A stretch of 64,000 nt of DNA, taken from Burkholderiales bacterium (GTDB lineage: Bacteria > Pseudomonadota > Gammaproteobacteria > Burkholderiales > Burkholderiaceae_C). Below are positions 22,325 through 29,940 of the stretch, in pieces (position 1 is the first letter of the stretch; each line of letters starts with the position of its first letter). The translations under genes and the position numbers were made by a program. Below the pieces are notes generated by a model. It searched no databases. It saw nothing but the letters and a program-made list of their open reading frames with translations, and had not been told where the DNA came from. The DNA is taken from assembly GCA_038230935.1 (NCBI GenBank), contig JBBRMH010000001.1, positions 2,116 through 66,115 on the forward strand, in the 5' to 3' direction.

Positions 22325-22405
22325 ATCAACCGAGCGGAAATATGACAAAAAGTGGCTCTCCCGCATGTTCTGCGTGGACTATCAGCTATCAAATACATAG
22401 CATGT

Positions 22406-23809
22406 ATGTCTGATGAGACCCCTGACCACTGGATGGCTCTGGCCCTTACGCAAGCCAGACTGGCCGCCGCCGCTGGAGAAGTTCCCGTGGGTGCGGTCGT
22501 GGTGCGGCATGGCGAGGTGATTGCCACGGGCCGCAATGCGCCGGTGAACTCACACGACCCAACCGCCCATGCCGAGGTGGTGGCGTTGCGCGCCGCAGCA
22601 CAGGCTATTGGCAACTACCGGCTTGAGGATTGTGAGCTCTACGTCACGCTGGAGCCCTGCGCCATGTGCAGCGGTGCCATGCTGCATACCCGTCTCAAGC
22701 GGGTGGTGTTTGGTGCATCTGACCCCAAAACGGGCGCAGCGGGCTCGGTTGTGAACCTTTTTGCACAGTCAAAGCTTAACCACCAGACGGCATTGCAGGG
22801 TGGCGTGATGGCAGCAGAGAGCACAGAACTGCTACAAAAATTTTTCATGCAACGCCGTGCTGAAAACCGTCAAGAGGCAAAAATGAACCACCCCCTGCGG
22901 GACGATGCACTGAGAACCCCCGACAACGCCTTTGACGACCTGCCCAACTACCCCTGGCAACCGAGATACATCAGCGACTTGCCAGCGCTGGCTGGTTTGC
23001 GTTTGCACTATCTTGACGAAGGTAAAGCCCCAACGGTTTCAACCCGTCAATTGACGTATTTGTGTCTGCATGGCAACCCGGCATGGAGTTACCTGTACCG
23101 CAAGATGATTCCTGTTTTTCTGCAGGCGGGGCACCGGGTCATTGCGCCTGACCTGATTGGTTTTGGTAAAAGCGACAAGCCCAAAAAGGACAGCTTTCAC
23201 AACTTCAGCACGCACCGCCAGATATTGCTGGAGCTCATTGAGCGGATAGATCTGCAAGACGTGGTGCTGGTTGTACAGGACTGGGGCGGTATCCTGGGCC
23301 TGACGCTGCCCATGGCCGCACCGCAGCGTTACAAGGGCCTGCTGGTTATGAACACCCTGCTGGCCTGCGGTGAAACGCCCCTGTCCGCTGGTTTTCTGGC
23401 CTGGCGTGAGATGTGCGCCAAACACCCGGATTTTAATATTGCGCGTCTGTTCGCACGGGGCAACCTGCAAATGACCGCCGCAGAATGCGCAGCTTATAAC
23501 GCGCCGTTTCCAGACCGTGGACACCGCGCCGCAACACGCGTCTTTCCGGCTATGGTGCCTGAATTCGGGAATTCGGACGGCGCAGACATTTCCCGCGATG
23601 CCAGGCGGTTTTGGCAAAGCCACTGGACGCGGCCAAGCCTGATGGCCATTGGCACGCAAGACCCGGTGCTGGGGTTGCCTGTGATGCGCGAGCTACAAAC
23701 AATGATCAATGGCTGCAGTCAACCATTGTTGGTGGAGAACGCAGGCCATTTTGTCCAGGAGCGGGGCGAGCCGATTGCCCGGCATGCGGTGGCCTTCTTC
23801 CAGTCCTGA
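22406..23809 (+). CDS. tadA: Fusion protein: tRNA adenosine(34) deaminase TadA + HLD-I haloalkane-dehalogenase-like alpha/beta hydrolase
   Basis: The N-terminal roughly 160 aa carry the HAEVVALR...LEPCAMCSGA deaminase zinc motifs. With no stop, the frame continues into RTPDNAFDDLPNYPWQPRYISD...LHGNPAWSYLYRKMIP...VVQDWGG...NAGHFVQE, which supplies the hydrolase nucleophile Asp and catalytic His. Confidence 0.85.
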   Translation: MSDETPDHWMALALTQARLAAAAGEVPVGAVVVRHGEVIATGRNAPVNSHDPTAHAEVVALRAAAQAIGNYRLEDCELYVTLEPCAMCSGAMLHTRLKRVVFGASDPKTGAAGSVVNLFAQSKLNHQTALQGGVMAAESTELLQKFFMQRRAENRQEAKMNHPLRDDALRTPDNAFDDLPNYPWQPRYISDLPALAGLRLHYLDEGKAPTVSTRQLTYLCLHGNPAWSYLYRKMIPVFLQAGHRVIAPDLIGFGKSDKPKKDSFHNFSTHRQILLELIERIDLQDVVLVVQDWGGILGLTLPMAAPQRYKGLLVMNTLLACGETPLSAGFLAWREMCAKHPDFNIARLFARGNLQMTAAECAAYNAPFPDRGHRAATRVFPAMVPEFGNSDGADISRDARRFWQSHWTRPSLMAIGTQDPVLGLPVMRELQTMINGCSQPLLVENAGHFVQERGEPIARHAVAFFQS

Positions 23810-23993
23810 TCTTGCAGCTCTGGCCTGTTTGCCATCTGGCGCAACACCCGGCTACCCGGATTGTGGTGTCGGCCTACATGCAGTCTGGTTAACAGCGTAC
23901 AAAATGGCAGGGAGGTGGCCGGAACAATCAAATGTCATTCGCGGCCAGTCTGTCAGTTCTGGTTCACGGAATATATTTTCAGAGCCCTACCCC

Positions 23994-24131
23994 ATGCAAC
24001 AGACTACCGTTGACGATCTGGCCAGTTTTCATCGTGTGTTTGGCGAGCAGCTGGAGCAACCTCTGTATGCCCATGTTGACCGGATTGCAGCTGTGGGTCT
24101 GGTGGCTACACGTGGCAAGGCGGTTTTGTGA
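23994..24131 (+). CDS. Possible 45-codon ORF translationally coupled to the ATP-grasp gene (speculative)
   Basis: MQQTTVDDLASFHRVFGEQLEQPLYAHVDRIAAVGLVATRGKAVL*. Its TGA stop overlaps the GTGATG start region of the next gene. I recognised no homology. Confidence 0.2.
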   Translation: MQQTTVDDLASFHRVFGEQLEQPLYAHVDRIAAVGLVATRGKAVL

Positions 24132-25237
24132 TGCAAGCTGGCCTGCCTGCCTCGGCAAGTCTGCGATCAGACGCTGACGCTTTGCCTGAAAGCCCGCGTC
24201 GCAGCACGCTTGAGCGCATGCCCAAGTGGCTGATCTGCATTCCCCTGACCGTTCAGTGGCTCTGGCTGGCACTGCGCTACCGCAGCCTGACGTTACCGTC
24301 TGCTGCCAACCCGCAGATCACGGCAGGCGGGCTGGTCGGCGAAGGCAAGCTTGAATATTTTGAAGGTATGGGTCCTGTTGCCCGTGCTGCAACCGCTGCG
24401 TACTGCGCAGTTTCCACGAAGGGTATGCAGTCAGGCGCAGCGTTGCGGCAAATGATGCGGCGCTCCGTTTTATTTTTTCCGCTGATGGCCAAGCCTGATC
24501 TGGGTTTGTGCGGCTACGGCGTGCGGCGACTGGCCAACATGGGCGAGTTGCAGGCGTACCTGGCGGCATTTCCGGCCAATGAGACCGTGGTGCTTCAGCA
24601 ATATCTGCCGCAAGAAGGCGAAGCAGGCATTTTCTATGTGCGTGACCCCGTCACAGACCATGCCCGCATCATCGGGCTGGCTCTGCGCTACTACCCTCGC
24701 GTGACGGGTGATGGCGTTCATACCGTTGCAGAACTGATCGCTCTGGACCCACGGGCCGGCCGCGCATTGAGTTCACCCTTGCATGAATGCCGGCATGACG
24801 TCACAAGTGTGCCTGCTGCAGGGGAAGTCATTCGACTGTCCACCATAGGCTCAACCCGTGTAGGCGGTTTGTACCGGGACGGCGGAGCCTGCATCACACC
24901 GCAGTTGATCGCCGCCGTTGATGCGATTGCACGCGATATGCCAGAGTTTTATTTTGGACGCTTTGATGTGCGGTTTGAAACTCTGGCGGAGTTGAGTGCG
25001 GGCCAGGGTTTCACGATCATGGAAGTCAACGGGTCTGGTTCTGAAGCCATTCATGCCTGGGACCCGGACACCGGACTGACGGCTGGCTTGAAAACAATTT
25101 TTCAAAAACAAAGTTTGCTGTTTGCCATGGGTCACGTGATGCGCAGCCGGGGTGTCCATCCGATGGGTTTGGTCAAGCTCATCAAGCTCAATCAGCGACA
25201 AAACCGATTGATCGCACGCTACCCACCGTCGAACTGA
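24128..25237 (+). CDS. ATP-grasp family ligase with N-terminal membrane helix
   Basis: 369 aa with a hydrophobic segment WLICIPLTVQWLWLALRY. The ATP-grasp body reads FPLMAKPDLGLCGYGV...VVLQQYLPQEGEAGIFYV...VTGDGVHTVAELI...FGRFDVRF...IMEVNGSGSE. The start could instead lie downstream, for example MPKWL. Confidence 0.7.
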   Translation: MMQAGLPASASLRSDADALPESPRRSTLERMPKWLICIPLTVQWLWLALRYRSLTLPSAANPQITAGGLVGEGKLEYFEGMGPVARAATAAYCAVSTKGMQSGAALRQMMRRSVLFFPLMAKPDLGLCGYGVRRLANMGELQAYLAAFPANETVVLQQYLPQEGEAGIFYVRDPVTDHARIIGLALRYYPRVTGDGVHTVAELIALDPRAGRALSSPLHECRHDVTSVPAAGEVIRLSTIGSTRVGGLYRDGGACITPQLIAAVDAIARDMPEFYFGRFDVRFETLAELSAGQGFTIMEVNGSGSEAIHAWDPDTGLTAGLKTIFQKQSLLFAMGHVMRSRGVHPMGLVKLIKLNQRQNRLIARYPPSN

Positions 25238-25245
25238 GGCCTGAA

Positions 25246-26169
25246 GTGATCCTGCAAACAGCACCCCTGACCGTTTCCTCCGTCGCCTCCGTCGCCTCTG
25301 TCACCTCTGTCTCTTCCATCAGCCGGAAGTGGCTTGAACCCACCCCAGGGCTTGGCAGCTTTTCTGCAAGTCACACCCTGGTTGTCAGCTGGGCCAGCTG
25401 CGAAGAGGATGTGCGCCAGGCCCAGCGCCTGCGTTACCGCGTCTTTGCCATGGAAATGGGTGCCAGGTTGCCATCTGCGGCAGGTAGGGAGCCGGGTCTG
25501 GACGCCGATGCCTTTGATCCATTTTGTGACCACTTGCTGGTCAAGGCGGTGCCTGTGAACGATGAGGACGACGGCTTGCTGGTAGGCACGTACCGATTGC
25601 TGGCACCTGATGCCGCCCGCCGTGCTGGCGGTTTGTACATTGACACGGAATTTGACCTGAAACCCCTGTCCAGCTTGCGCCCCCGTGCGGTTGAACTGGG
25701 CCGCTCATGCGTTCATCCTGACTGGCGCTCGGGTGGTGTCATCCTGGCACTCTGGAGAGCGCTTTTTCGGTACATGTATGCGCACAGACTTGAAACCATG
25801 GTGGGGTGCGCCAGTGTGGGTCTAAAAGATGGCGGGCAATCTGCGTCTGCTTTATGGCACCGCCTGCGCCTGACGCATCTGGTCGAGCCCGAGTGGCAGG
25901 TGCAGCCCCTTGTCGCGCTGCCCATTCTGAGCCAGTATGCCCATCAGGATACCTATCAAGATGCGACTCAGGACGATTTGTCTGCAGCAGCATCCGCCAG
26001 ACATGCTTCGATCACCATGCCGCCACTGGTCAAGGGTTATTTGCGATGCGGTGCCCGCCTGCTTGGCCCACCGGCACTCGATGAAGTCTTCAATACTGCA
26101 GACCTGCCAATGTTGCTGCACCTGAGCAACCTGACACCGCGCTACCGTCAACATTTTCTGGACCATTGA
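25246..26169 (+). CDS. GNAT-fold N-acyltransferase of the OlsB / N-acyl amino acid synthase type (Acetyltransf_5-like)
   Basis: QAQRLRYRVFAMEMGA...DAFDPFCDHLLV...GTYRLL...ELGRSCVHPDWRSGGVI...PPLVKGYLRCGARLLGPPALDEVFNTADLPMLL. A GTG start lies 8 nt after the ATP-grasp stop. Confidence 0.75.
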   Translation: MILQTAPLTVSSVASVASVTSVSSISRKWLEPTPGLGSFSASHTLVVSWASCEEDVRQAQRLRYRVFAMEMGARLPSAAGREPGLDADAFDPFCDHLLVKAVPVNDEDDGLLVGTYRLLAPDAARRAGGLYIDTEFDLKPLSSLRPRAVELGRSCVHPDWRSGGVILALWRALFRYMYAHRLETMVGCASVGLKDGGQSASALWHRLRLTHLVEPEWQVQPLVALPILSQYAHQDTYQDATQDDLSAAASARHASITMPPLVKGYLRCGARLLGPPALDEVFNTADLPMLLHLSNLTPRYRQHFLDH

Positions 26170-26261
26170 AGGTGCAGGCGTCTGTGCGCAGGCTTGATCA
26201 TGCTCAAACAGTGGGCAAACCAGCGGGCAGAGGTTCAGCCAGGCAGTGGGATACTGGAGCT

Positions 26262-27227
26262 GTGAAAAAACATATCTACATCTATTCACCCTCCAGTGCG
26301 GTTCGTGACAAGGCGAGCTTCAAACGCGGCGTCAAACGCCTGCAGACACTGGGGCACGAGGTTGAAATCGACGAGGCAGCGCTAGCCAAGTACCAGCGCT
26401 TTGCCGGAGACGACGCAACCCGCCTGGCAGCCATTCACCGGGCGGCGGCCAGTGGCGCTGACATCGCGCTGATCTCACGCGGCGGCTATGGTTTGACCCG
26501 GCTCCTCGCGCAGATCAATTACAAAGCTCTGGCAAAGGCGATTGGTCAGGGGACGCGGTTTGTGGGTCTGAGCGACTTCACGGCGCTTCAGCTGGCTGTT
26601 CTGGCCAAAACGGGGGCTGTGACCTGGGCTGGCCCAGCACTTGGGGAGGACTTTGGTACGACAGCGTTGCCAGACGACATCATGGAAGCATGTTTTGACG
26701 ATCTGGTCACAGGACAGGGTGAGGGCACGGGTTGGCAGCTGCCTAAAGCCAGAACACTGAACGCTATTGATTCGATAGCTGAAAGCCCACGCAAAACCTG
26801 CCCTGCTGACGATTTCAGTGTTAAAGATGCAATACTCTGGGGCGGTAACCTGGCGGTCCTGACATCGTTGACAGGCACACCTTATTTTCCTGCCATCAAA
26901 GGTGGTATTTTATTTATTGAGGATGTGGGCGAGCACCCGTACCGGGTTGAGCGCATGCTGACGCAACTGCTGCATGCAGGTGTGTTGGCGCAGCAAAAAG
27001 CCATTGTGTTTGGCCAGTTCAGCAACTACAAACTGGTGCCTGGGTATGACAGCGGCTTTAATCTGGCCGGTGTGGCTGCCTGGCTGCAAGCTCAGGTCAA
27101 GGCGCGGGTACTGACGGGCTTGCCGCTTGGCCATGTGGCCACCAAAGTCCTGCTGCCGGTGGGGGCCACCATCACCCTGGCGGTGGAGGGCAGGGACGCG
27201 TTTTTACTGTGGGGACATACGCATTGA
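26262..27227 (+). CDS. ldcA: LD-carboxypeptidase (peptidase S66, muramoyltetrapeptide carboxypeptidase)
   Basis: IYIYSPSSAVRD...RFAGDDATRLAAIHRA...ALISRGGYGLTRLL...GLSDFTALQLA...EDVGEHPYRVERMLTQL. The GTG at 26262 is preceded by GGAG. The raw ORF begins at 26166. Confidence 0.85.
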   Translation: MKKHIYIYSPSSAVRDKASFKRGVKRLQTLGHEVEIDEAALAKYQRFAGDDATRLAAIHRAAASGADIALISRGGYGLTRLLAQINYKALAKAIGQGTRFVGLSDFTALQLAVLAKTGAVTWAGPALGEDFGTTALPDDIMEACFDDLVTGQGEGTGWQLPKARTLNAIDSIAESPRKTCPADDFSVKDAILWGGNLAVLTSLTGTPYFPAIKGGILFIEDVGEHPYRVERMLTQLLHAGVLAQQKAIVFGQFSNYKLVPGYDSGFNLAGVAAWLQAQVKARVLTGLPLGHVATKVLLPVGATITLAVEGRDAFLLWGHTH

Positions 27228-27283
27228 GCTGGCGCAGTCATGAGGCGAGTGAAAAATCACTCACGCGCCATGACAAACAGTTC

Positions 27284-27667
27284 TTATCGGCTTCTGGGGC
27301 CAGCACGTTGCGCCAGAGCTTTGGGCAGCAGGCCTTTGAACTGACCACTGATGCGTGCCAGCTTCTCGCGTGCAATGGTCTCGCCATGGGTTTTGGCGAG
27401 TATGGCCATCACATCACTGCGGGCGTACCACAGGGCTTGAATATCCTGCGCATAACGAATGCGGCGTGTTACAGCAGGAAACTTCTTTTCACTCTCGTTA
27501 CCCAGCTCGTTGAGCATGAGCTGGCGTATGTCTTCCATACTGTTGTTAATTTCAGCGGGCGTTGCCTCTGTCAGGCCGAGCATGGCCATGCAGCTTGTCT
27601 TGACCTGCGGTGCGAAGGAGGACCATTTGAGCCGTGACAGCATTGGATGCATAAAGAACCTGTGCAT
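27284..27667 (-). CDS. Hypothetical protein
   Basis: 127-aa ORF with reasonable coding appearance. I recognised no family, and the start codon is uncertain because several Met codons cluster near the N-terminus. Confidence 0.45.
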   Translation of the reverse strand: MHRFFMHPMLSRLKWSSFAPQVKTSCMAMLGLTEATPAEINNSMEDIRQLMLNELGNESEKKFPAVTRRIRYAQDIQALWYARSDVMAILAKTHGETIAREKLARISGQFKGLLPKALAQRAGPRSR

Positions 27668-27964
27668 TGTTAAATATTCATCAAAAAAACCACCAAGGTA
27701 ACCGCACGTTTTATGCTGGAGACGTTAAAAGACTTTAACCTTGCTGAAACTGTCAGACCAACATGCCCATTCACAAGTTGGTAAGCAAATGTCCAGTCAT
27801 GTTGAGTCAAGTTGAGCCCCGAGCCGAAGCCCTTGCCCTGGTGATTGCCTCCCAACTGGGCATGTTTTTGAAGCGGGTCAGGGCTGTGCAGGCCGCCGGG
27901 CCTTTGGGCTGAACACTTCCAATACGTGATTTAATGATTTGAAACTGGGCACACCTTTACATCC

Positions 27965-28885
27965 ATGGCTGAAGTTACCGTTGTTTTTGCAGACCTCACT
28001 GGAAGCACTGGGGTATTTGAAGTGCTGGGCAATGTCAAAGCAACGCAGCTCGTGACGCGACTGACCGACTGGATTGGCAAGGTTTGCACATCAAAGAACG
28101 GCCAGGTTGTCAAAAATCTTGGCGATGGTGTACTTATGGTGTTTACACGTACCGACGATGCCCTGGAGGCCGTCATGGAAATGCAGCGCAGCCATACAGA
28201 ACGCATTAAAACCTGGCCCGAGAATACCAGAATGAGGCTTAAGGTCGGGATGGCACACGGAGAAGTCATTGAGCAGGATTCCGATTTTTTCGGCGATGCG
28301 GTCAATCTCGCATCACGCCTGTCTGACCTGTCGGGACCGGAGCAAATTCTGGGCAGTGACTCTGTCATTGATCAGTTGCCATCCAACAGTCCGGTACGTT
28401 TTCGCAGTCTGGGTGCCATGGACATCCGGGGTCGCAATGAAGCGTGCATGGTGTACCAGGTGGAATGGCAGAACGATATTCTTACAGAGTTCTTCACGGT
28501 CCCGGCTGGTCTGACAGCCTCGCCCTTTACCAAAGCCGTACCGTCGGCGGGTACCCTCAAACTGTCGTGGCTAGACGTCGAGACATCGTTTGTATCCACA
28601 GAACTGCCCATCTATCTGGGCCGCGTGGCTGGAGCACATTTTGTTGTCAATGACCCTCGGGTGTCACGGCTTCACGCCAAAATCTCCTGGCGAGCCGGTA
28701 AATTTCATCTTGAAGATGTCAGCAGTTACGGTACCTGGGTGCGTTTTGCCGGCAGCAGTGCCGTCATTGCGCTGCGGCGTCAGGAATCCGTATTGCTGAT
28801 GGAAGGTGAGATTGCGCTGGGTGCACCCTTCGAAGACTTCACCGTACCCACCGTCAGTTTCAGCTTTTCTCGCCATACTGGGTAG
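27965..28885 (+). CDS. Class III adenylate/guanylate cyclase catalytic domain fused to a C-terminal FHA domain
   Basis: VVFADLTGST (metal Asp), VVKNLGDGVLMVF (Lys plus second Asp) and FGDAVNLASRL (Asn/Arg) are the cyclase motifs. They are followed by the FHA pattern IYLGR...VSRLHAKISW...SSYGTWV. Confidence 0.85.
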   Translation: MAEVTVVFADLTGSTGVFEVLGNVKATQLVTRLTDWIGKVCTSKNGQVVKNLGDGVLMVFTRTDDALEAVMEMQRSHTERIKTWPENTRMRLKVGMAHGEVIEQDSDFFGDAVNLASRLSDLSGPEQILGSDSVIDQLPSNSPVRFRSLGAMDIRGRNEACMVYQVEWQNDILTEFFTVPAGLTASPFTKAVPSAGTLKLSWLDVETSFVSTELPIYLGRVAGAHFVVNDPRVSRLHAKISWRAGKFHLEDVSSYGTWVRFAGSSAVIALRRQESVLLMEGEIALGAPFEDFTVPTVSFSFSRHTG

Positions 28886-28892
28886 GCAGTGA

Positions 28893-29840
28893 TCAGTCAG
28901 CTGGCACCGCAGATTTCACTGGTATTTGCTGGCGTGAATACTCGTCGCGCTTCATGCTCAGGTAACTGCTGCGGTCTGTCTCATGGAGCTGCTGGGGGAA
29001 CTGCTCGGTCGCATCAAACCAGTGTTCCAGTCGTGCGTCCAATTGTTGTGCGGCAGGGCGGCTCAGCGATGCCAGATAAGCCTCAATGGCCAGGTAGTAA
29101 CGCATGGTGTTGCGCTCTACAGTCCCCCGCATACCGCCCACGTAAGCCTGTTTCTGGTCCCCATTGATGCGGGTGAACCCCACTTTGCCGCTGCCAACAG
29201 TGGCCAGATAGCCTTGCATGGCCAGGCGACCCGCCAGGCCGTAGCCGTAGGCATAACGCAAATGCATGAAGGTTTTACCTGAAGGAAGTGGCACAGCTTG
29301 AAGCTCGATGCGGTAGTCGCTGGTGCCCAGTGGGCCTTTTTCGGCGTTGAGCTGGACTGCCAGATAGCGCGGGGAGGCTGACACCTGCCGCAAGGCAAAT
29401 TCAAGCGCAAAAGCGTCTTTGAGCACCTGCGGCGTTTTTTTTCCAATGTTGACTTTCAAAATACTGGAACTGTTTTCGCTGGTGGCACGGCAGTATTTTG
29501 TGTTGATATGCAAAATCATGACCTCACACCAATGGGTGGGGCCTTTGAAAGTTGTGCTGACCGTATTGAACGATGCCTCCAGGACAGCGTAGGCATTGCC
29601 GGTCACGCTGCCAGTATCTTCAAACGACTCCAATACCAGCGGACGCCCAAAAGCCGTTTTGCCAAGCTGCTTTTCAAGTGTTGTGTATTTTTCGAGCAGC
29701 ACAGAAGCGTTCTCGCCTGATTCAGGTCCTGCTGCCGGAAATGTCTGGGCCTGAACGTAGCTGGCGCTCGCCAGCAGGCATGTGCACAGCAGCGCACGCA
29801 GGGCACCGCCTGGCAACTTGTCTTTAAGCTTGTTTTGCAT
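28893..29840 (-). CDS. Secreted hypothetical protein
   Basis: Start taken at MQNKLKDKLPGGALRALLCTCLLASASYVQA (signal peptide). The longer raw ORF overlaps the recombinase gene. I recognised no family. Confidence 0.6.
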   Translation of the reverse strand: MQNKLKDKLPGGALRALLCTCLLASASYVQAQTFPAAGPESGENASVLLEKYTTLEKQLGKTAFGRPLVLESFEDTGSVTGNAYAVLEASFNTVSTTFKGPTHWCEVMILHINTKYCRATSENSSSILKVNIGKKTPQVLKDAFALEFALRQVSASPRYLAVQLNAEKGPLGTSDYRIELQAVPLPSGKTFMHLRYAYGYGLAGRLAMQGYLATVGSGKVGFTRINGDQKQAYVGGMRGTVERNTMRYYLAIEAYLASLSRPAAQQLDARLEHWFDATEQFPQQLHETDRSSYLSMKRDEYSRQQIPVKSAVPAD

Positions 29841-29940
29841 GAACCAAGTTTGACAGCTATCGTTCCCCCTTGAGCTGCTTTTGGTTGATTCGCTGCATCG
29901 TCCTACATTGGTTTTGCCTCGGGGCTGAGGTATATCCTGT

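Noticed and set aside
23994-25237. The mini-ORF plus ATP-grasp plus GNAT read as a graspetide (microviridin-like RiPP) cluster.
   Set aside because: The 45-aa peptide lacks a Thr/Ser plus Asp/Glu/Lys-rich core or a PFFARFL-type leader. The GNAT is of the OlsB acyl-transfer type rather than an N-acetyltransferase, and the ligase carries a membrane helix. This is kept only as an alternative to test.
25275-25316. The tandem 9-bp repeats considered as a CRISPR-like or other array.
   Set aside because: There are only four units, they are contiguous with no spacers, and they are in-frame within a coding region.
27236-27275. An imperfect palindrome (GGCGAGTGA-aaaa-TCACTCACGCC) between the convergent ldcA and the hypothetical gene, considered as an island boundary or att site.
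   Set aside because: No matching copy occurs at the other end of the islet. It is most simply a bidirectional terminator-like hairpin without a T-tract, and it is too weak to call.
27965-28885. The cyclase as part of a Pycsar- or CBASS-like anti-phage signalling system.
   Set aside because: No cNMP-binding, TIR, TM or other effector gene is adjacent. The only fused module is FHA, which points to phospho-signalling rather than a defence operon.
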